Shown here: positions 35,322 to 44,697 of the stretch, in pieces
Layout of the letters: each line of letters starts with the position of its first letter
Position numbering within the stretch: position 1 is the first letter of the stretch
Assembly (NCBI GenBank): GCA_018303425.1
Contig: JAGVYF010000033.1
Span: 1-58,200, forward strand
From: Candidatus Woesearchaeota archaeon
GTDB taxonomy: Archaea > Nanobdellota > Nanobdellia > Woesearchaeales > JAGVYF01
Reading direction: 5' to 3'
DNA: 58,200 nt
Notes under the pieces: model-generated
Told to the model about the DNA's origin: nothing
The model's database searches: none
What the model saw: only the letters and a program-made list of their open reading frames with translations
Made by a program: the position numbers and the translations under genes

Positions 35322-36548
35322 ATGGACTTCCGTGATTATATGCTATTCACGTGGGGGCATATAAAACATAATTCTTTACGTACTTGGCTTACAATGATAG
35401 GTATATTTGTAGGAATAGCAACGATCGTATCTTTAATAAGCCTCGGTACTGGGTTAGAAGAAGCAATCACTTCAAGGTTTAGTTCACTTGGCGCAGACAA
35501 AATTATTGTACAAAATTCTCAAACACTGTTTGCTCCTCCGGGCCAAGGCACAGTTGATAAATTAAATGACCGCGATTTAAGAGTGGTTAAACAAACTAAA
35601 GGTTTTGAACTTGTAATTGGAAGGCTTTTAAGGTTTGAAAGTATAGGGTTTAAAAATAAAATTATTTTTGGGGCGATCATCAGCGTACCTTCAACTAGCC
35701 AGGGTGTTGAATTAATTAACGAGTTTATCGGTGTTAGCACTGTTGCCGGCAGGCAGTTAAAAGCAAATGACCGCGGTAAAATAGTAATGGGTTATGATTT
35801 TTATAATAAAGAACTGTTTGAGAAAAAACTGAGAGTGGGCGATAAAGTAACAATCAAAGATAAAAGTTTTTCGATTGCAGGGTTTTTACAAAGAACTGGC
35901 CAGCCATTTGGAGAAACATTTGTCATGATGAATGAAGAGGACATGAAAAATTTGCTTGATATTAATGATGAATGGGATATTATAGTTGGCAAAGTTGCAG
36001 AAGGCATTGATTCTGTTGCAGTAGGCAAAACACTAGACAAAAAATTTTTACAAGACAGGGGTTTAAAAGAATGGGAAAAAGATTATACAATACAAACTCC
36101 AGATGATATTATTGATTCTCTGGGTAATATTCTGCTCGTTGTTCAAGCAATTTTAGTGGGAATTGCCTCAATCTCTTTAATTGTTGGGGGGATAGGTATC
36201 ATGAATACAATGTATACTGCTGTACTTGAAAGAACAGGGGAAATTGGCATCATAAAATCAATTGGAGCGAGGAATAGCACTGTTTTATTAATATTTTTAT
36301 TTGAATCAGGTATGTTAGGTTTGGTCGGCGGACTTATAGGTTTATTATTGGGCGTAATATTGAGTTTAACTGTTCAATTTTTTGGAACTCTTTACTTTGG
36401 AACTCAATTACTTAACGCGTCATTTCCAACCTACTTAATGATTGGCGCACTACTTTTTTCTTTTAGCGTTGGTTCATTTGCAGGCACGTTTCCCGCAGTA
36501 CGAGCATCACGGCTTAAGCCAGTTGACGCTTTGAGGTACAGAAAATGA
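35322..36548 (+). CDS. ABC transporter permease (MacB/FtsX-like)
   Basis: It has an N-terminal TM helix, a large extracytoplasmic domain and a C-terminal FtsX-type bundle (GGIGIMNTMYTAVLERTGEIGIIKSIGA). Confidence 0.85.
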   Translation: MDFRDYMLFTWGHIKHNSLRTWLTMIGIFVGIATIVSLISLGTGLEEAITSRFSSLGADKIIVQNSQTLFAPPGQGTVDKLNDRDLRVVKQTKGFELVIGRLLRFESIGFKNKIIFGAIISVPSTSQGVELINEFIGVSTVAGRQLKANDRGKIVMGYDFYNKELFEKKLRVGDKVTIKDKSFSIAGFLQRTGQPFGETFVMMNEEDMKNLLDINDEWDIIVGKVAEGIDSVAVGKTLDKKFLQDRGLKEWEKDYTIQTPDDIIDSLGNILLVVQAILVGIASISLIVGGIGIMNTMYTAVLERTGEIGIIKSIGARNSTVLLIFLFESGMLGLVGGLIGLLLGVILSLTVQFFGTLYFGTQLLNASFPTYLMIGALLFSFSVGSFAGTFPAVRASRLKPVDALRYRK

Positions 36549-37792
36549 ACTTAAGAAAATTTAATTTTAATACCGCCCTTATTTTAGAATATCTCGAATT
36601 AGTGGTTAATAGTTTAAGAAAGCGTTATCTTCGTACTACTTTAACCATGATAGGAATCTTTATAGGCATTGCCGCTGTTGTTGCTCTTGTAAGTTTAAGT
36701 GAAGGCTTAAAATTAGCAGTCCAAGAACAGTTTGAAGCGCTGGGCGCTGATAAGTTAATTATTAGCTATAGGGGCGATGTTGTACCGGGCCTGTCTGCAA
36801 GTTCTGGTGGTTTGACTTTAAAAGATTACAAATTTATTAAACGCCTTAAACAAGTAGAAAATACAATATATTGGTACTTTGATTCTGCCAAAGTAGTATT
36901 TAAAGACCAAACCTTATTTTTGCCGGTTATTGCATATCCAACTGACGACAAGCAAGAACTTTTTAATGAAATGTGGTACTTTGATATTAAAACTGGAAGA
37001 ACTCTTAAAAAAAATGACAAGTATAAAATTAATACAGGTATTGCATTTTTTGAAGATAAAGTGTTTTTAGACAATCTAAAAATACGGGATAAATTAACTA
37101 TAAATGGCCTGGATTTTAAAATAGTTGGATATTATGAGCGGGTTGGAAATTCGCAGGATGACAAAAATATATTCATTGAAGAAGCTACATTTAAAGAGTT
37201 GTTTAATGTTGATGAACAGGTAAGTATAATGGTCGCAAAAGTGAGACCAAGTCTTAAGCCTTCAGCGGTTGCTAACATTATAGAAAAAAAGCTTAGGGAG
37301 TTTAGGGGTCTAAAAGAGGGCCAAGAAGATTTTGTGATACAAAGTTCAGAAGAGTTTATGAAAGCAGTCTCAGACATACTTAACATTATCCAAATAGTTT
37401 TAGTGGGTATTGCAGGCATTTCGTTATTTGTTGGCGGTATCGGGATAATGAATACCATGTACACTGCTGTAACCGAGCGTACTAAAGAAGTCGGAATTAT
37501 GAAGGCAATTGGCGCCCGCAATGAAGACATTTTTTTAATGTTTTTAATAGAGTCCGGGTTACTGGGTTTTTCTGGCGGCCTGATAGGAATTTTAATAGGT
37601 ATGGGTTTTGCAAAGTTAGTAGAATATTTTGCGCTGTCAATTTTAAAAACTAATTTACTTAGTCCGCAATTCTCAGGATTTTTAATATTAGGTTCATTAT
37701 TCTTTGCATCATTTATCGGCGCAGTTTCTGGCACTTTCCCTGCAATGCAGGCGAGTAAGCTTGCGCCTATTGAGGCGCTTAGGTATGAATAA
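36545..37792 (+). CDS. ABC transporter permease (MacB/FtsX-like), paralog
   Basis: It has the same architecture (GGIGIMNTMYTAVTERTKEVGIMKAIGA) and overlaps the upstream gene by 4 nt. Confidence 0.85.
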   Translation: MNLRKFNFNTALILEYLELVVNSLRKRYLRTTLTMIGIFIGIAAVVALVSLSEGLKLAVQEQFEALGADKLIISYRGDVVPGLSASSGGLTLKDYKFIKRLKQVENTIYWYFDSAKVVFKDQTLFLPVIAYPTDDKQELFNEMWYFDIKTGRTLKKNDKYKINTGIAFFEDKVFLDNLKIRDKLTINGLDFKIVGYYERVGNSQDDKNIFIEEATFKELFNVDEQVSIMVAKVRPSLKPSAVANIIEKKLREFRGLKEGQEDFVIQSSEEFMKAVSDILNIIQIVLVGIAGISLFVGGIGIMNTMYTAVTERTKEVGIMKAIGARNEDIFLMFLIESGLLGFSGGLIGILIGMGFAKLVEYFALSILKTNLLSPQFSGFLILGSLFFASFIGAVSGTFPAMQASKLAPIEALRYE

Positions 37793-37942
37793 AAGTTGAT
37801 AATATTTAAACATTCAGACAATAAAAAATCTGTTTATCAAAAGTTAACTTCGGTTCCATAAAAACTGAAAGTTCTGTCCGTAAAAGCTTCGCTCCTTGCG
37901 AACCGTTCATACTGCCAGTTATAAACTTGTTGGAAACACAGC

Positions 37943-38066
37943 GCTGTCCAGAAATTTTATTGTCTGTATATTATTATATAATTTGAAGTATAATGTAATC
38001 AAAAACGTTCTTGCAGTTATAGTTAAATCCGAAGTACTAATTGACAATGAAACGACTCTGGACAAC
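37943..38066. mobile_element. MITE-like element, copy C (short form, 124 bp)
   Basis: It reads GCTGTCCAGAAATTTTATTGTCTGTATATTA..TTGCAGTTATAGTTAAATCCGAAGTACTAATTGACAATGAAACGACTCTGGACAAC. Both ends are nearly identical to copy B. Confidence 0.65.
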
Positions 38067-38114
38067 GTAGGAAACACAGATTTTATAAATAACAACATAT
38101 TTATTTTTAAGATA

Positions 38115-39305
38115 ATGGCAGATCAAAACAGATTAATACAACTCGTCAAAGAAAACATTTCCCAAGGTTTTACAACTGCCCAGATAAAAACTAGCATGCT
38201 GGATTCGGGATGGCAGGAACAAGATATTGATATCGCCATTCTTGCGGCTACAGGTAAAAAAACAGGCTATGAAACAAAACCTAATCACGGTTTTAGCACA
38301 TCTGCATTTTATATGGACTTAAAATTTAAACTTTCAAACATAACCCCATCATGGATAAACATAAAGACTATTGCTGGAGGGTTTGGAGTTTTATTAATCT
38401 TATTATCGGGTTATTTCTTTTACCCATTACTGTTTCCAGAACCAATTTGCGGCAATAATAAACTCGAAAAAGATGAAACTTCATTAACCTGCTGTGAAGA
38501 TGCAGGATGTGATGGGGATTTAATATGTGAAAACGGCGAATGTCTTGCGCCAACACCCGCTTGTACAGAATGCCAATATTTAGACGGAAAAGTTTGTAAA
38601 TCTTATACCTGTTGCGCCGATATAGATTGTGAGGCAGGAGATGCATGCGCAAATCCCAGCACAATACAATCTTCATGTATTGAACTTGAAGAGTCTTCAT
38701 TTTCTTTAAAAGTAAATGAAGAAGGAATTTTCAAAGTTGACGGAGAGCCGCATATAGTTAAACTTTCAGATATTAATGATACTAGCGCAGAAGTAATAAT
38801 CACATCCGAACCAATAATTGTTATAATATCAATCAATGAAACTAAACAAATTGATATTAATAATGATACTATAAAAGATATTGAAATAAATCTAATATCT
38901 ATAAAAGGCAATAAAGCGGATATAACTCTTAAAAATCTTAAAAAAATTGAACCTAAACCAACACCGCAACAAACAATTACAGGAATGAAATGTTCAAAAC
39001 ATGTTCAATGTGATGATGGTAATGTTTTAACAAAAGATATATGTTCATTTGAGGCAGGTTCAAGGTTTGGTATTTGCCAAAATTGGGGTGAAGGAGATAT
39101 ACAGAATGAATGTGAAGAAGATAGCGAATGTGATGATGAATTGGATCTTACAAATGATGTTTGCTTTGGCATACCAAAAACCTGTCATTTTTTAGATATT
39201 ACTGAATGTGAAAACGGAGATGGTTTTTGCGCATATGGATGTAGTTATGAGGCTGATTCTGATTGCCCTGAAACAAATACAACGGCAACAAACTCTACTG
39301 CATAA
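38115..39305 (+). CDS. Cys-rich membrane-anchored surface protein
   Basis: The start is at ATG 38115 (MADQNRLIQLV..), because the track's TTG start at 37896 reads through the MITE. It has one TM helix (IAGGFGVLLILLSGYFFYPLLF) followed by clustered Cys motifs (CGNN..CCEDAGCDGDLICENGEC..). Confidence 0.7.
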   Translation: MADQNRLIQLVKENISQGFTTAQIKTSMLDSGWQEQDIDIAILAATGKKTGYETKPNHGFSTSAFYMDLKFKLSNITPSWINIKTIAGGFGVLLILLSGYFFYPLLFPEPICGNNKLEKDETSLTCCEDAGCDGDLICENGECLAPTPACTECQYLDGKVCKSYTCCADIDCEAGDACANPSTIQSSCIELEESSFSLKVNEEGIFKVDGEPHIVKLSDINDTSAEVIITSEPIIVIISINETKQIDINNDTIKDIEINLISIKGNKADITLKNLKKIEPKPTPQQTITGMKCSKHVQCDDGNVLTKDICSFEAGSRFGICQNWGEGDIQNECEEDSECDDELDLTNDVCFGIPKTCHFLDITECENGDGFCAYGCSYEADSDCPETNTTATNSTA

Positions 39306-39532
39306 AAAATAAATATATATAAATCATAATGAATACCCTATGTGAATAATGATATACATAAACCAAATAAAACTCATAGAAAGGAACATCGAACCTAATA
39401 AAAATTTCTTAAACTGCTATATGAGACTGAAGATTTGACTGACGCAAACAAATGGTTTGACACTTTAGATTGTCTAGTTTCATTTGAACGAATATTAAAT
39501 CAGGTCATGAATTTAGACCGATTTTTAGAAAA

Positions 39533-39775
39533 ATGAAAAAAACATCAAATGTAACATTACAGATAAATTCGCCGGTCCCATATGAAATTAGGTATTGCGT
39601 AAATAATTTTGGAGAAAAAACAGATTTTACAATGGTTTATTGTCCCTATAATGAACATAATTTTAAAATTATTTCAAGACTTTATGAAGATGCTTTTCAA
39701 ACCAAATTAGAAGACGAACCATCGCCGGATTATCTGCGAAAGTATTTTTTGGAAAGGATTCGACTAGGATTTTAA
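39533..39775 (+). CDS. Hypothetical protein
   Basis: It is an 80-aa ORF with no recognised motif. It is convergent with mutL and overlaps it by 4 nt. Confidence 0.35.
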   Translation: MKKTSNVTLQINSPVPYEIRYCVNNFGEKTDFTMVYCPYNEHNFKIISRLYEDAFQTKLEDEPSPDYLRKYFLERIRLGF

Positions 39776-41487
39776 ACCACTCTCTTAAATTTGCGTTCAA
39801 GCTCAGATATAGTAATAGTGATTATAGTGGGGCGTCCATGCGGGCAGGTAAACGGATTCTCGCACTGATATAATTTCATCATCAGTTTTTGCATATATCC
39901 AACTTCAATTCTGTCGCCCTGTTTGATAGATTTACGGCACGCCATTCTCGCTATAATACTATCTTTGATGTCTTCAAAGTTTCTGACACGTTTAGCATTT
40001 AACTCATCAATCATATCAAGTATAGTGCCTTTACCCATTTGCCGACCCATAATAACGGGAGTTGCCCTTACAAGGAAAGAATTACCGCCAAAATCTTCAA
40101 CATCAAATCCAAATTTTTTAATAACTGGCAAATTATCCCGTAAGATTATTGCATCTGTTGGAGATAACTCAATATGTGTGGGAATTACTAATTGTTGGCT
40201 TCTTATGTAACCTGAAGCATATTGTTCATGAAAAAGTTCATAATTGACCCGCTCCTCTGCAGCGTGTTGGTCAATGATGCAAAAACCATCCTCATTCTCA
40301 GCAAGGATGTAACAGTTATGCACTAGCCCCAGTATCTTGAGAGAGGGCATTTTCTCGTCTTCAACTTCGGATGTAATTGATTCTAAGACTCTCTGCGCAA
40401 AACTGTCAACTCTAAACTTTTCAGCCACTGTTTGTTTTAGAGTGCCAACCTCAGCAAATTTTGTCTGAGTTGCGCCTTTAACATTTATTTCAGGAATATG
40501 CAGCGTACTTTCAAGCGCATCTTTTATGCCCTCATTAACAACTTCAGATACAAATTTTTCATCGCTGAACCTTATCTCCTTTTTTGTCGGATGCACATTA
40601 ACATCAATCTTTGCAGGATCAATTGTTAAAGATAAAATTGCTACTGGAAACCTGTGTGAAAATAATAATGTGCCGTATGCATCATGCAGCGCATGCGATA
40701 AGATTGAGCTTTGTATATACCTTCCATTTACATAAAAAGATTGTTGTGTCTTATCTGCCCGGGTTAAAGAAGATTTAGAGGTGTAGCCAGCTATCTTGAT
40801 TCCGTTCTTTTCATAAAACACCGGAATCAACTCTTTTGCTATATCCTTGCCATATATGTTCAATATGTTTCCCAATTTATCGCGTACTGCAGGAGAATTA
40901 AGCACGGGATTGCCGTTGTGAAGTAACCTAAAATATTTGCCAGGATTTATTAAAGCATACCTGATAACAAGATCAGTTATCTTTTTTGCTTCATTTAAAA
41001 TGTTTTCTAAATATTTTTTCCTTGCGGGCGTATTAAAAAACAAATTTGTAACTTCAATTATTGTGCCAACTGTACTTGAAACTTCTTTTTTGACTTTTAT
41101 AACCCCATCTTCAACCTCAATAAAATTTCCATACAGAAAATCATTAGTCCTCGATGTAATGCGCAGATTTGAGACCGATGCAATAGATGCGAGAGCTTCA
41201 CCGCGAAAACCTAATGTATTAATATTGAACAAATCTGTAACATCCTTTATTTTTGAAGTTGCATGTTTTTCCACACACAAGACTATGTCTCTTGGCCCCA
41301 TGCCCAGACCATTATCTTTAACTTTAATCAAAGATTTGCCGCCTTCAACAATCTCAATGTGTATATTAGTTGCGCCCGCATCTAAAGAATTCTCAATTAG
41401 CTCTTTAACAACTGATACAGGACCTTCTATCACTTCACCAGCTGCTATCTTATTTATCAAATTTGAGTCTAATAATCTTATGACCAT
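39772..41487 (-). CDS. mutL: DNA mismatch repair protein MutL
   Basis: It has a GHKL N-terminus (IAAGEVIEGPVSVVKELIENSLDAGATNI..DNGLGM) and a C-terminal dimerisation domain (..CPHGRPT). Confidence 0.95.
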   Translation of the reverse strand: MVIRLLDSNLINKIAAGEVIEGPVSVVKELIENSLDAGATNIHIEIVEGGKSLIKVKDNGLGMGPRDIVLCVEKHATSKIKDVTDLFNINTLGFRGEALASIASVSNLRITSRTNDFLYGNFIEVEDGVIKVKKEVSSTVGTIIEVTNLFFNTPARKKYLENILNEAKKITDLVIRYALINPGKYFRLLHNGNPVLNSPAVRDKLGNILNIYGKDIAKELIPVFYEKNGIKIAGYTSKSSLTRADKTQQSFYVNGRYIQSSILSHALHDAYGTLLFSHRFPVAILSLTIDPAKIDVNVHPTKKEIRFSDEKFVSEVVNEGIKDALESTLHIPEINVKGATQTKFAEVGTLKQTVAEKFRVDSFAQRVLESITSEVEDEKMPSLKILGLVHNCYILAENEDGFCIIDQHAAEERVNYELFHEQYASGYIRSQQLVIPTHIELSPTDAIILRDNLPVIKKFGFDVEDFGGNSFLVRATPVIMGRQMGKGTILDMIDELNAKRVRNFEDIKDSIIARMACRKSIKQGDRIEVGYMQKLMMKLYQCENPFTCPHGRPTIITITISELERKFKRVV

Positions 41488-41635
41488 ACAAAACCTGAGA
41501 ACATTGGTATTTTATAATATTATCGTGGTAGAATATATGCGGTAGAATGTAGGTGATAGAGTTTTTGTGAATGAGTAACTATTATTAAAATCTAAAACTA
41601 TTTAATTATCAATTTTTTAAGTTATTTAATCATCT

Positions 41636-41860
41636 ATTCAAGATTCATTGTAATTACCTATAATAGGATTACCTTATTTACGGTATAAACTTTTCATATT
41701 ATAGAAATGCATAGCTCTTGCCGGTTTAGTTACATGTCTCATGTTACCTATCTCATTCTGAAAAGTAAGCCAAATTTATATAGGTATATTATTCTGCAAT
41801 AACTCTCTTACCTATTTAAACATGAACATACTAATTAAGAATGAAACGACTCTGGATAAC
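41636..41860. repeat. MITE-like repeat, copy D (right end clear, left end degenerate)
   Basis: The right end CATACTAATTAAGAATGAAACGACTCTGGATAAC ends at 41860. A possible left end ..ATTCAAGATTCATTGTAATTACC lies near 41636-41660. Confidence 0.45.
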
Positions 41861-41907
41861 ACTGTAAAGTAACAAAACTTATATATTTGAACTTTCTAAA
41901 ATTTAAT

Positions 41908-42141
41908 ATGGAGTTAATAACAATATATAGATCAGATAATGAAAAGATTAATCTCATGGGTCCCTGGGCGAAAGAAGAGAATGTAGCATATGTCTTTGGT
42001 ATGGAGCAAGGATATAATTTTTTGTATATTATGATTATTAGTGTAGAAGAGTTTAATGAAAATTTTAAAGCTTCAGGCTATGGGTTTATTCCAATACGAA
42101 AATATGAGTATGTAAAACTTCAAAGAAAACCTATCTCTTAA
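41908..42141 (+). CDS. Hypothetical protein
   Basis: It is 77 aa from ATG 41908, with a TATA-like CTTATATATTT 20-30 nt upstream. The track's TTG start at 41887 lies inside that box. Confidence 0.4.
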   Translation: MELITIYRSDNEKINLMGPWAKEENVAYVFGMEQGYNFLYIMIISVEEFNENFKASGYGFIPIRKYEYVKLQRKPIS

Positions 42142-44606
42142 ACCCAGTCAACTAATCCCCCCTGAACTTCTTCCTTCTTATTCACATTTTTAACAATTTT
42201 GTCAGAACCTTCAAGTTTGCCCATAATCTGCTTACTTCTAGAAATAATTTCGGCAGGCACACCCGCCAACTTTGCTACCTGTATCCCATAACTTTTATCA
42301 GTACCACCTTCTATCAATTTTCTTAAAAAAACAATATCATCATCAGTTTCATTAACTGCAATGTTATAATTTTTTATTGACGAATATTTTTCAGCAAGAT
42401 GGTTTAACTGGTGATAATGCGTAGCAAATAATGTTTTTGCTTTGATATTATCGTGTATATACTCGGCAACTGCCCATGCAATACTAATTCCGTCAAAAGT
42501 TGAAGTGCCCCTGCCAATCTCATCTAAAATAATTAAGGATTTAGAAGTTGCATTATTCAGAATATTTGCCGTTTCCAGCATTTCAACCATGAATGTGCTT
42601 TGTCCCATTGTCAAATCATCATAAGCCCCAACACGAGTAAAAATCCTATCAACTATGCAAACATTGGCTTTTGAACAAGGAACAAAAGAACCAAGCTGCG
42701 CAAGTAACTGGACAAGAGCAACTTGCCGCATTGCTGTGCTCTTTCCGGACATATTAGGCCCAGTTATAATCTGCAATCTGTTGTCATTAGTCAAATAAAA
42801 ATCATTAGGCACAAAACTTTCCGTCAATGTTTCAACGACTGGATGCCTGCAATTTTTTAGCTCAATAACCTCGCCATCATTTATTGTAGGTTTTGTATAA
42901 TTATTTTCAACTGCAACAATTGCCAGAGATACGAAAACATCCAGCTCTGCAATTCTTAAAGCGCTTTTACTGATATCTTCAAAATACGCCGAAACTTTTT
43001 TAAGAACTTCCATAAGCAGATCATATTCCAATGAATGAATTCTTTCTTCAGCGCTTAATATTATATCCTCTTTTTCTTTTAATTCAGGAGTAATATAACG
43101 TTCAGCATTGACTAAAGTCTGTTTTCTCATATAATCTGCCGGCACTGAACCAATGTTTGCATGGCTGATTGTGATATAATATCCAAAGACTTTATTAAAC
43201 CCCACTTTTAATGTTCTTATGCCGGTGCGTGCCCTCTCTTTCTCCTCAAATAAAACCATCCAATCTTTAGTATTATATGCCAAATGCCTAATCTCATCGA
43301 GTTCATTGTTGTAACCTTTCTTGATAAGATTACCTTCTCTTAATGTTAAAGAAGGTTCATCTTTGACTGCCGTTTCTATTAATGATACTGCTTCATTAAG
43401 TAAGGGCATTTCTTTTATCTTTTGCATAAGTTCCCCTTCTTTTCCGCTAAGAAGTTCTTTTATTTTGGGGATATGGTTAAGTGAATTACGCAAAGAAATC
43501 AAATCGCGGGCATTTGCATTTCCGTACATGACTCTGCTGATAGTCCGTTCAATATCATTTATGTCTTTAAGGATATCAATTAATTCTGCCCGTAACAATG
43601 TATCGTTATAAAGCTCGCTGATGCAGTTCAGTCGTTGGTTAATTAAACTTTTTTCAATTAGCGGTTCAAGTATAAACTTTTTTAAAAGCCGGATGCCCAT
43701 TGCAGTCTGAGTCTTATTCAAAACTGAAAACAAACTGCCCCGCGCAGAATTCTCTTTAATGTTTGTTAATAACTCTAAATTCCGCATAGTTGATGAATCA
43801 AGCACCATGTGAGATGAAGGAACATATAACTTAATCTTATTAATATATTTCAGCGAAGTTTTTTGTGTATTTCTTAAGTAATGAACTAATGCGCCAGCTG
43901 CCGAAATACTTAACTCTTTATCTTCAATCCCAAAACCTTGTAATGTTGTTACACTAAAATGATTTAAGAGATTAGGATAAGCAATAGTTTTGGTAAAATA
44001 ATGGTCATTATATGGATTAATAAAGCCTTTTAATTTATTAAGGAGTTCTTTGTTAACCTTTAAAGATTCAGGGATTAATATTTCTGCTGGATTAAACCTT
44101 GTAATCTCATTAAAAAGTTTAGATTCATCGTCTACTTCCGATACTATGAATTCTCCAGTTGAAAGTTCAACAATTGCAAGCCCAAAATTATCCGCTTTAG
44201 GGTATAAACACATTAAGTAATTATTATTTGAAGGTTCAAGCATATTAGCATCAACCATCGTACCTGGCGTCACAACCCTGATAACTCCGCGTTTAACTAT
44301 GCCCTTTGCATGCTTCGGATCTTCTAATTGTTCGCATATCGCAACCTTATAACCCTTTTTAACAAAACGTCCGAGATAATTGTCTAATGCGTGATAAGGG
44401 ATACCTGCAAGTGGTGCCCGACTTTCACCTTTACCCCTGGAAGTCAGGGTAATTTCAAGTTCTCTGGTGGCAGTTTCTGCGTCTTCATAAAACATTTCAT
44501 AAAAATCACCCATTCTAAACATTATAACGCAATCCGGATATTGCTTTTTCATCTCAACAAATTGTTCCATTGCAGGCGTTAATTTTTTCCCAACTAAATA
44601 ATCCAT
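42138..44606 (-). CDS. mutS: DNA mismatch repair protein MutS
   Basis: It contains TPAMEQFVEMKKQYPDCVIMFRMGDFYEMFYEDA, Walker A (ITGPNMSGKST), DEIGRGTSTFDG and FATHYH. Confidence 0.95.
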   Translation of the reverse strand: MDYLVGKKLTPAMEQFVEMKKQYPDCVIMFRMGDFYEMFYEDAETATRELEITLTSRGKGESRAPLAGIPYHALDNYLGRFVKKGYKVAICEQLEDPKHAKGIVKRGVIRVVTPGTMVDANMLEPSNNNYLMCLYPKADNFGLAIVELSTGEFIVSEVDDESKLFNEITRFNPAEILIPESLKVNKELLNKLKGFINPYNDHYFTKTIAYPNLLNHFSVTTLQGFGIEDKELSISAAGALVHYLRNTQKTSLKYINKIKLYVPSSHMVLDSSTMRNLELLTNIKENSARGSLFSVLNKTQTAMGIRLLKKFILEPLIEKSLINQRLNCISELYNDTLLRAELIDILKDINDIERTISRVMYGNANARDLISLRNSLNHIPKIKELLSGKEGELMQKIKEMPLLNEAVSLIETAVKDEPSLTLREGNLIKKGYNNELDEIRHLAYNTKDWMVLFEEKERARTGIRTLKVGFNKVFGYYITISHANIGSVPADYMRKQTLVNAERYITPELKEKEDIILSAEERIHSLEYDLLMEVLKKVSAYFEDISKSALRIAELDVFVSLAIVAVENNYTKPTINDGEVIELKNCRHPVVETLTESFVPNDFYLTNDNRLQIITGPNMSGKSTAMRQVALVQLLAQLGSFVPCSKANVCIVDRIFTRVGAYDDLTMGQSTFMVEMLETANILNNATSKSLIILDEIGRGTSTFDGISIAWAVAEYIHDNIKAKTLFATHYHQLNHLAEKYSSIKNYNIAVNETDDDIVFLRKLIEGGTDKSYGIQVAKLAGVPAEIISRSKQIMGKLEGSDKIVKNVNKKEEVQGGLVDWV

Positions 44607-44697
44607 GAAAACTTACTACATAGAAACGATTTATATGTTTTTGTATACTTAGAAATGTAATTAAGATAAATTTATATATTAAAAACTATTAAAAATA

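Noticed and set aside
37132-37821. Long antisense ORFs: 229 aa here, and also 50438..50983, 40937..41545, 4375..4788, 9903..10325 and 20271..20681.
   Set aside because: Each lies fully opposite a gene with strong family motifs (ABC permease, ProRS, MutL, the secretion ATPase, DinD-like, asnA and its upstream ORF). Each has low-complexity, Ser/Leu/Ile-rich shadow-frame composition.
37896-38114. The TTG-initiated N-terminal extension of the Cys-rich protein, as given in the ORF track.
   Set aside because: The extension reads straight through MITE copy C and a TATA-like box. The ATG at 38115, with a TATA 25-34 nt upstream, is the credible start.
39400-39535. A start-less frame (..ETEDLTDANKWFDTLDCLVSFERILNQVMNLDRFLEK*) overlaps the ATG of ORF 39533 and could form a two-gene mini-cassette.
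   Set aside because: There is no ATG or GTG start, only an internal TTG giving about 33 aa. It has no recognisable motif and is too short to support.
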